From IMG/VR virus record IMGVR_UViG_3300042363_000446: DNA of 55,360 bases; one strand, 5' to 3'. The translations under genes were made by a program, and so were the position numbers. How positions within the stretch are numbered: position 1 is the stretch's first letter; the number at the start of each line of letters is the position of its first letter. Shown here one piece after another: positions 48,431 to 55,360 of this stretch. The stretch is from an uncultured virus (IMG/VR IMGVR_UViG_3300042363_000446). Its lineage: Duplodnaviria > Heunggongvirae > Uroviricota > Caudoviricetes. Under the pieces are notes generated by a model. The model worked only from the letters and a program-made list of their open reading frames with translations, searched no databases and was not told where the DNA came from.

Positions 48431-48700
48431 ATGAAACCGATTTGCAAAATGGGTGATATAAATACAGGTTTAGGAAAAGTTATAGCAACCTCTAGAACAG
48501 TGTATGTTAATTTTTTACCAGTAGCACTCATGGGTAATATGCTTACACCTCATATTAAGGGGCCCAGACATGCTGTATCAAAAATAATTACCGGTAGTCC
48601 AACAGTATTTGTTGAAGGTAGACCTGTAGCAAGATTAGGCTCAATATCTTCTTGTGGTCACAAAATGATTACTGGTAGCCCTAACGTACTTACATCATGA
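48431..48700 (+). CDS. PAAR spike-tip protein (gp5.4-like)
   Basis: GSPTVFVEGRPVARLGSISSCGHKMITGSPNV. Confidence 0.88.
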   Translation: MKPICKMGDINTGLGKVIATSRTVYVNFLPVALMGNMLTPHIKGPRHAVSKIITGSPTVFVEGRPVARLGSISSCGHKMITGSPNVLTS

Positions 48701-51700
48701 GTTTAACAGGAAAACAAAGTCCGTTAGGGGTAAATCTTCAGGGTGCTATACTGAACAATCAGGGCATGGGCATAAACTCTGTTGTTACCAATGTAGCAGG
48801 AATTTCTAAAACAAATAATGATTATGTTTTTGGGAATTTAGTACAAGACACTGTACTAAGATTACACACTTGGGGGATTAATGATGCTTATGTGCGAAAT
48901 TTGGTTAGTAGAACATCATCAACTGATACTTATGATAACCTAATAAACGTAGGAGCAAACTCTATTCCTTCGTTAGCCAACACTAAACCACCAACATATG
49001 AAGTAGAAGACCCTTCAGGCACTTGGACTACTCTAGCAGAAAACTATGGAGCACAAAAAGGAGTAGCACCTTCTTTGCCTGGGCCCGCTAACAGTGGATA
49101 TGCATTAACCGGCAACACTGGTCAAGGACAACAAGCATCATGGTTACCGTATACTGGTGTAGCCGCTACCAATCCAAATACATCTATAACACAATGGGGT
49201 CACGTTAGATTATATACACTACAAGCATGGAATGAATTTAATTGGAATGGCGGAGTAGTTAATCAAACTACTCCTGAATATAAAGAATTTTTAACTTCTT
49301 TTCTAAGTGCTCAAGCGTTTATGGAAAGTACTAACAAAAGTATATATGCTATGCACAACTCTAAAACTTTCTTAGAGGGAGTATATAGCAATATGAACGA
49401 CCTTATCACGGCTGAAATCGCAGGAGTTAGTTTAGCTACAAAAGACTTTGGAGCAGACTTAGTTAATTTAGGAAAAGCTATAGACCTAAACACAATAGAT
49501 GCTTTTGGATTACCATCAAATTTATTGCAAGTTTTATGTAACAACAGCGCACTTAATGAAGAATTAGTATATGCTTTGCTATCAGTAGGATTGTCAAGCA
49601 CTGAAATAAACAATATAGCATTCGGGGAAGTAGATACGATATCATTAAGAACTCAACAATTAATATACGGCAGTTTTTTATTGATAACTGATGAGCCGTT
49701 GAGAGATGTATTAGCATTACTACAGTGCGTCACACCAGGAATTCAAACTTTAGCTGATTTACTAAGCGTTAAAAAATTGTTTCCGAATAGCTATGAAACA
49801 TTAACTGTTCCCGTTTATAATATTAGCCCCGGACCTACTAATAGTAAAACTTATTATTTGTTATACGCAAATCAAGGTTTAAATGCACAATTAACTTCTC
49901 CTGCTATCATAGAACAAATAGGAACGCAGCTTCCGTTAAGTATCGCTATAATCAATGAAACTTTAGTTGAAGGTACTAACTATACAGCACCTTCGGAAGG
50001 TTTCGGTTCGTACTTATATAATATTATACCCCAAGCAGATGCAGTAGCAGCAGGTGCGTTCGCATACTCAATGCAACAAATAAGAAATATCCGATTTTGT
50101 GATTTTCAAACCTTTGCCCAGGCGGTTAGATCGTTAGAAATTGACACTGGTTTACAGCAAGTGAATGGTACTAACAAACCCACAGATGAAACTTTAGCAG
50201 ATGCAGGGTTATTACGAACAGCTTTAGGAAGTGGAGTACACGGTACTTACACTATGTCTGACTTTTTTGGGTGCATGACGGGACTTCCTTATCCCGGGTC
50301 TCTAGTAAGAAACAGAATTGATCAATTACAAACTACTAAACTACAAAACATTTACCGAGAAAACTTTTTAGCTATAACATGGGAAGGTGCTCAAGTAACT
50401 GTTCAGTATTCTACATCAGTAGTTGAGGATCCACCTGGCATATTCACAACTTACTACACTGTTACTGGAGTTACTCTTACCGGAGACGGTGGCGGCTATG
50501 GAAGAGGTAGTGCACCTGCTCCTGCTATAACTATTTCAGGCGGATCAGGAGCAACGGCTGTGTGTACTATCGGCACTAACGATAGTGACGCAGGCTCTAA
50601 CGGTACAGGAACATTTGGTCGTGTTACATCAATAACATTAACATCCGCAGGTTCTTCTTCAGTAACTATACCTACTATTACGATTGAATATCCACCTACT
50701 GCTACGTTAGCAGTACAAGCAAACGGAAGTGTGGCAACCGGTGGAACTAACACTGCCTCAGGCACGACAGGTTGGCCGTCGCCTATGAACGGTGTGGTAC
50801 AAGCGTATATTGATCAAGCAAATACTGAAATAGAAGCGATACAAGCATCTAATCCCATAGAAAGTAGAATTCTCAACACGTACTGGAACATCTGCGGTGA
50901 TCAACTGGCTAGAGAGCAACGTGCTAGATATATAGCAATCCCGCCGGTAGAAGTAATAGAGCCTGATTCAAGCAGCGTAGTACGCAAAGATTACTTTGCT
51001 AATCCGTATCCAGGAACTCAATCTGCGTTTACTGATTCGGTTCCGGAATTCGCACAAGATACTAGACCGCACATGACAGCGCAATCATTGGAAGCTATAG
51101 CAAATCTTTGTACTGCTGGTGGACAAAGTTTGATAGCATTAATGCGAGAAAGTAGAAATAATGTAAGACTACAACTAGCGGGAATCACGTTAGATAATAC
51201 TATACCTGATGCTATGTCAGATGAACAACTAAAACAGTTGACCACGAATGGTGTTCTTCCTAATCCCGGAATAGGCCCAGTATCTACTACTATACCAGCA
51301 TGGGCTAACACAATAGATTGTCAGACCGGAGAACTGATATATCCTATACCAAATGGTGTATTTGCTAATGGTCAATTTAATCAAACTAATGAAGTTGCGT
51401 TCGGTGATATTATTCCTATAATAGAAAATCAACTCAATCCCGTAGTAAGTACGTTAGTACCTGTAGGTCCTCAAATACAGCCCTCTATTGGAGGAGTTGG
51501 TATCGGAGGAACTGGTATCGGAGGAACTTCTATTTCAGGAGAAGGAGTACCCATTTCTGAACCATATATAATTGCAGTCCCTATACAAGTTAACCCAGCT
51601 ATTCCTCCGCAATTAGACACCCAGTATACAAGCAGCACGATGCTGCCAGCTAGTCCAACTATCCAAGAAGCAATTGATAAAGTAATAGAATGCAATTGTG

Positions 51701-51717
51701 ACTGTTGGGTAAATTAA
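48697..51717 (+). CDS. Large hypothetical protein, probably structural
   Basis: 1006-aa ORF coupled to PAAR by ATGA overlap; internal GGGYG..APAITISGGSGATA module; ends CNCDCWVN. Confidence 0.6.
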   Translation: MSLTGKQSPLGVNLQGAILNNQGMGINSVVTNVAGISKTNNDYVFGNLVQDTVLRLHTWGINDAYVRNLVSRTSSTDTYDNLINVGANSIPSLANTKPPTYEVEDPSGTWTTLAENYGAQKGVAPSLPGPANSGYALTGNTGQGQQASWLPYTGVAATNPNTSITQWGHVRLYTLQAWNEFNWNGGVVNQTTPEYKEFLTSFLSAQAFMESTNKSIYAMHNSKTFLEGVYSNMNDLITAEIAGVSLATKDFGADLVNLGKAIDLNTIDAFGLPSNLLQVLCNNSALNEELVYALLSVGLSSTEINNIAFGEVDTISLRTQQLIYGSFLLITDEPLRDVLALLQCVTPGIQTLADLLSVKKLFPNSYETLTVPVYNISPGPTNSKTYYLLYANQGLNAQLTSPAIIEQIGTQLPLSIAIINETLVEGTNYTAPSEGFGSYLYNIIPQADAVAAGAFAYSMQQIRNIRFCDFQTFAQAVRSLEIDTGLQQVNGTNKPTDETLADAGLLRTALGSGVHGTYTMSDFFGCMTGLPYPGSLVRNRIDQLQTTKLQNIYRENFLAITWEGAQVTVQYSTSVVEDPPGIFTTYYTVTGVTLTGDGGGYGRGSAPAPAITISGGSGATAVCTIGTNDSDAGSNGTGTFGRVTSITLTSAGSSSVTIPTITIEYPPTATLAVQANGSVATGGTNTASGTTGWPSPMNGVVQAYIDQANTEIEAIQASNPIESRILNTYWNICGDQLAREQRARYIAIPPVEVIEPDSSSVVRKDYFANPYPGTQSAFTDSVPEFAQDTRPHMTAQSLEAIANLCTAGGQSLIALMRESRNNVRLQLAGITLDNTIPDAMSDEQLKQLTTNGVLPNPGIGPVSTTIPAWANTIDCQTGELIYPIPNGVFANGQFNQTNEVAFGDIIPIIENQLNPVVSTLVPVGPQIQPSIGGVGIGGTGIGGTSISGEGVPISEPYIIAVPIQVNPAIPPQLDTQYTSSTMLPASPTIQEAIDKVIECNCDCWVN

Positions 51718-51780
51718 TAATCCTTTTTTATTGATTTTGATAAGTATTAATGATAATGTATAAATGTATTAACTCATAAC

Positions 51781-52341
51781 ATGGAGATTAACATGGAAAA
51801 TGTATTAAGAGCACTATCAAGCGTATTGGGTATTATCCTAGCTTGTATATTTGTGGCTAGTATTAGCAATTTCAAAATAAACGAATACAAGACCCAAGTA
51901 AGCACTTTATCTGAATATGATCACCCTACCGCAGGGCATATAGAAGAAGAGCTAGCCTGTATGGCTTTGAATATCTACAGAGAAGCAAGAGGCGAGCCTT
52001 TTGAAGGAAAAGTGGCTGTAGCACAAGTTACTATGAACAGAGTAGCACATGAGGATTTCCCTGATACAGTGTGTGCTGTGGTACATGAAAAAAACATTTT
52101 TATGAAACAAGTAGTTTGTCAGTTTAGCTGGTATTGTTCTAGTAGAAATCATGTAACACCTACTAACTCAGTAGCTTATGCTGAAAGTTTTGAAGTGGCT
52201 AAAAAAGTAATGTTAGAAGATTTTAGACTAGACAGCGTAAAAGATGCTATTTACTTTCATGCTGACACTATATCACCTAATTGGCGTTATCAGCAAGTAG
52301 CTAAAATAGGTGCCCATGTATTTTATCAGGATCGTAGCTAA
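51781..52341 (+). CDS. SleB-like cell wall hydrolase (Hydrolase_2), membrane anchored
   Basis: N-terminal TM segment; CMALNIYREARGE...VAQVTMNRV...CQFSW...IGAHVFY. Confidence 0.9.
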   Translation: MEINMENVLRALSSVLGIILACIFVASISNFKINEYKTQVSTLSEYDHPTAGHIEEELACMALNIYREARGEPFEGKVAVAQVTMNRVAHEDFPDTVCAVVHEKNIFMKQVVCQFSWYCSSRNHVTPTNSVAYAESFEVAKKVMLEDFRLDSVKDAIYFHADTISPNWRYQQVAKIGAHVFYQDRS

Positions 52342-52706
52342 TGGAAAATAATACCGAAATTAAAACTGATTATAAACTAATGATTAATGGAATCTATATG
52401 AAAGTAGTTGATTTTTTTAAAACCCAATTTAGTGATTTTACAAACTCAATCGCTAGAGTATCATCAGATACAGTAGAATGGGTAGGTGTCATAGCGTTAC
52501 ATGGCGCTACAATACCTACAATGTTAGGTTTAATGATGGGGTTAACCGATAACACTCCTCCGATTGATGTAGTACTAATTTTATGGGGAGCATTAACTAT
52601 GTTCTTTATAAAAGCAGTTATCAAAAAAGATATACTTAATATTATTACTATTGGTTTAGGATTTATAGGTCAAGCGGTATTAATGGCACTAATATTCTTT
52701 AAATAA
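52341..52706 (+). CDS. Small multi-pass membrane protein
   Basis: Three hydrophobic segments; TAATG-coupled to the hydrolase. Confidence 0.65.
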   Translation: MENNTEIKTDYKLMINGIYMKVVDFFKTQFSDFTNSIARVSSDTVEWVGVIALHGATIPTMLGLMMGLTDNTPPIDVVLILWGALTMFFIKAVIKKDILNIITIGLGFIGQAVLMALIFFK

Positions 52707-52728
52707 TAAATATAAATGAGGACAACTT

Positions 52729-53109
52729 ATGGCTTATTCTGAAAAAGTACTAGATCACTACAATAATCCACGTAATGTAGGAAAGTTTGATGATAATGAT
52801 CTAGATGTAGGTACGGGAATGGTCGGCGCCCCCGCTTGCGGAGATGTAATGCGCTTGCAGATAAAAGTAAACGAACAAGGAATAATAACAGATGCTAGAT
52901 TTAAAACGTACGGGTGCGGGTCGGCAATTGCTTCATCAAGTCTTCTTACAGAATGGGTCAAAGGGAAAACATTGGACGAAGCAGCAACAATCACAAACAC
53001 AAATATCGCACAAGAACTCGCACTCCCCCCAGTTAAAATTCACTGCTCAGTCCTCGCCGAAGACGCAATAAAAGCAGCAATCAAAGATATCAAGAATAAA
53101 AGAACATAA
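52729..53109 (+). CDS. iscU: Fe-S cluster scaffold IscU
   Basis: YSEKVLDHYNNPRNVG, GAPACGDVM, FKTYGCGSAIASSS, LPPVKIHCS. Confidence 0.96.
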   Translation: MAYSEKVLDHYNNPRNVGKFDDNDLDVGTGMVGAPACGDVMRLQIKVNEQGIITDARFKTYGCGSAIASSSLLTEWVKGKTLDEAATITNTNIAQELALPPVKIHCSVLAEDAIKAAIKDIKNKRT

Positions 53110-53113
53110 AATG

Positions 53114-53150
53114 GAATGGGCTAATAACCCATTCTTGTTGTTTTTCTTTT
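53114..53150 (+). terminator. Intrinsic terminator after iscU
   Basis: GAATGGG-CTAATAA-CCCATTC plus T-rich tract. Confidence 0.7.
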
Positions 53151-53248
53151 ATTTTGTTCGTAAAATGAAATATGTCAACCATGTTGACTAAATACTATTG
53201 ATGCCGGAATATTCTAGCACTACATTCACTATAGGAGGTGAACATTAA

Positions 53249-54187
53249 TTGAAAAAATTACTTAGTATCGCACTATTGGCACTAACTGTGCCCGCATTTG
53301 CAGGAGTTGATCCTCTAACCGAAGTTAAACCCGTTAGCTCAGAATGGTTCTATAATGGTTCAGAACCTGATTATGTTGTAGAAGTACCAAGCTTTACTGT
53401 CCCAGCAACAGGCGTAATTGACTATATTGATTCAGTTATACCTCTTGAGTTCGGTGAAGATCGTTGGGTGAAGGCAGTTCAATTTATACCCGGAGACAAG
53501 CGTGTTCTCCATCATCTATTATCTTATGTAGTAGCTGACGGACAAAACGCTTCTGATGGTATGATTGATGAAACTGTTAACGATAACCGTCGTGAATTTC
53601 TAGAAGGGTATGCACCCGGCAAAGAATACGCAACTGAGTTCCCAGCTAACACTGGTGTGTTTATGCCTGACGGCTCTGCACTGCGTATGAGCATCCACTA
53701 CACTTCTTTCGGTCAGGAAACTGCTGATAGTACTCGTGTAGGCCTATGGTTTGCTGATAAAGATGCTGAGCCAGAATATGAGTTTCATACTTACTCAGTG
53801 TCTACCCCAATGAACCAAATTCATATTCCTGCAGGACAAATGGAATATGCTTCTAATGCAACACACGTATTTGAAGACGAAATTACTTTGCACGGTTTCC
53901 GTGCTCACATGCATTATCGTGGCAAATCAATGGCTGCAAGAGTAATTTACCCTGACAATACAGTTGAAGACATTATAAATGTTCCTGATTACAACTTTGC
54001 ATGGCAACCTACTTATCGTATGGCAGAACCAATGGTTATTCCAGCTGGTTCACGTGTGGTAGTTGAAGGTCTATTTGATAATTCGCAATACAACGTAGGT
54101 AATCCAGATCCAAATGTTGATGCGATTGGTGGTTTACAATCATGGGAAGAAATGTTTATTGGATATTTCTCTTACACTACCAATTAA
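53249..54187 (+). CDS. Exported copper type II (PHM/DBH-like) monooxygenase
   Basis: TTG start after SD AGGAGG; signal peptide ending AFA; CuH-like VLHH + IHY, CuM-like HMH + EEM; YNFAWQPTY. Confidence 0.78.
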   Translation: MKKLLSIALLALTVPAFAGVDPLTEVKPVSSEWFYNGSEPDYVVEVPSFTVPATGVIDYIDSVIPLEFGEDRWVKAVQFIPGDKRVLHHLLSYVVADGQNASDGMIDETVNDNRREFLEGYAPGKEYATEFPANTGVFMPDGSALRMSIHYTSFGQETADSTRVGLWFADKDAEPEYEFHTYSVSTPMNQIHIPAGQMEYASNATHVFEDEITLHGFRAHMHYRGKSMAARVIYPDNTVEDIINVPDYNFAWQPTYRMAEPMVIPAGSRVVVEGLFDNSQYNVGNPDPNVDAIGGLQSWEEMFIGYFSYTTN

Positions 54188-54208
54188 AACGTAATTTTAA
54201 ATAACCCT

Positions 54209-54234
54209 AGCGGTAGAAAATCTGCCGCTTTTTT
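54209..54234 (+). terminator. Intrinsic terminator
   Basis: AGCGGTAG-AAAAT-CTGCCGCT followed by T run. Confidence 0.75.
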
Positions 54235-54250
54235 AATATGAGAAAAATAA

Positions 54251-54940
54251 ATGAAATTTTTAGTAACAATGTTTATGCTTTTATTGTCATCAATGTCTTA
54301 TGCGGGTGACTTTTCGCTTATAGATCAAAACGGTGTTCAGCATCAAATGAGTTGGTATGCAAGAACACCTGATTCAAAAATCGTAGTAGTTAGTTACGAT
54401 GGTAATTTGGAATTAAAAGAAAAAGTAGAAAAATTGCAAAGAGAAAATATGCAATCATATTACTTTTTTATCTATCCAGGAAATAATAGAGAGTTAGAAT
54501 CATCACTGATTCCTATTCTTATGGACGATACAAAACTTGTAACACAAGATTTAGGTTTGTATGCGCCGGGTGTTGCAGTAGAATTAAATACGAAAAATCT
54601 TTCAATAGATGCACAATATTTAATTCATGGATATACGTATGAATTTCCTGAATTTGTAAGAGAACAAACAACCCCCACGTATGTTAATGATGTTGCTCCT
54701 ATTATAGCAAAGAATTGTGCTGCTTGTCACAGAGAAGGTGGTATAGCTCCTTTTGCTTTTAATAGTAGTCAAATGCTTGTTGGATGGGCACCAATGGTTC
54801 GTGAAGTATTGCTTACTAAGCGTATGCCTCCTGGACAAATTGATCCGTATGTGGGTGAATTTAAAAACAGTATGACATTAACAATTGAAGAAACACAAAC
54901 GCTAGTAGATTGGATTGATGCTGGTACGCCAGTAAACTAA
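54251..54940 (+). CDS. Exported protein: degenerate redoxin-like domain plus c-type cytochrome
   Basis: Signal peptide; DFSLIDQNGVQH redoxin start; VAPIIAKNCAACHREGGIAPF (CxxCH) and RMPP distal Met. Confidence 0.78.
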   Translation: MKFLVTMFMLLLSSMSYAGDFSLIDQNGVQHQMSWYARTPDSKIVVVSYDGNLELKEKVEKLQRENMQSYYFFIYPGNNRELESSLIPILMDDTKLVTQDLGLYAPGVAVELNTKNLSIDAQYLIHGYTYEFPEFVREQTTPTYVNDVAPIIAKNCAACHREGGIAPFAFNSSQMLVGWAPMVREVLLTKRMPPGQIDPYVGEFKNSMTLTIEETQTLVDWIDAGTPVN

Positions 54941-54956
54941 AACAAGGAGAATAAAA

Positions 54957-55360
54957 ATGAAATACGCTATTGCATTACTATGTGCATTACTGACAAGTTC
55001 AGTGTATGCAACAGATCCATTGGCTGAACTAGTTTGGCCAGAAACTGAATGGGCATTTGGTGAACCCGATTACATCATTGAAGTACCAGAGCAATCAATC
55101 CCTGCAACTGGTGTGATGGATTATATTACATTGATGGTTCCAATTGACATTCCTGCTGACCGTTGGGTAAAGGCAAGTGAATATTTGCCTGGTGATCGTA
55201 CAGTTCTACATCATACACTGAATGCTGTAGTAGATCCAGGTACTCGTTTAAATCCTCGTAACATTTTAGGTGCTTCGGGTGGTGGTGACGGTCCTGAGAT
55301 TGCTGCTTATGTTCCCGGTGGATCACCAAGAATGATGCCAGAAAATACTGGTGGTTTGTT
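54957..55360 (+). CDS. Second exported PHM-like copper monooxygenase paralog (runs off window end)
   Basis: Not in ORF track. Manual translation: MKYAIALLCALLTSSVYATDPLAELVWPETEWAFGEPDYIIEVPEQSIPATGVMDY...DRWVKASEYLPGDRTVLHH...AYVPG...ENTGG, colinear with ORF 53249; SD AAGGAG. Confidence 0.8.
   Translation, partial: MKYAIALLCALLTSSVYATDPLAELVWPETEWAFGEPDYIIEVPEQSIPATGVMDYITLMVPIDIPADRWVKASEYLPGDRTVLHHTLNAVVDPGTRLNPRNILGASGGGDGPEIAAYVPGGSPRMMPENTGGL

Noticed and set aside
55126..55329. Minus-strand 67-aa ORF at the window end
   Set aside because: Antisense to the better supported + strand monooxygenase paralog starting at 54957
1..55360. Stop-codon reassignment and tRNA genes
   Set aside because: Core genes are full length in the standard code; no cloverleaf with a T-arm consensus noticed in the intergenic gaps

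Overview
AT-rich 55 kb segment of a large T4-like myovirus, probably aquatic with a proteobacterial host (proteobacterial-type IscU, PcyX/HemO, class Ia RNR). In order: minus-strand baseplate operon (gp6, gp25, gp5-like, hub, gp53-like, tube initiator); late sigma factor gp55, gp47/gp46 and a Holliday-junction-resolvase-like gene; a ~490 bp ORF-free, GC-enriched, densely structured element; gp51/gp26-like genes; a tape-measure-like protein with a lysozyme domain; the head module (gp20-gp23); a free-standing HNH endonuclease; several fibre/collagen proteins; then an accessory block (two 2OG-Fe(II) oxygenases, HemO-PcyX, NrdAB, glutaredoxin, PAAR, SleB-type hydrolase, IscU, exported copper monooxygenase-like paralogs and a cytochrome c). 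Best leads: (1) the structured element at 12975-13455 (large ncRNA and/or RNA-primed origin, ending in a tandem-GA hairpin); (2) a lipoprotein with the ordered motif set of GH7 cellulases, a family regarded as eukaryotic; (3) an exported PHM-like copper monooxygenase/cytochrome c cassette; (4) a synonymously recoded 3' end of the capsid gene beside the HNH gene. All calls come from motif recognition by eye; no searches were run.
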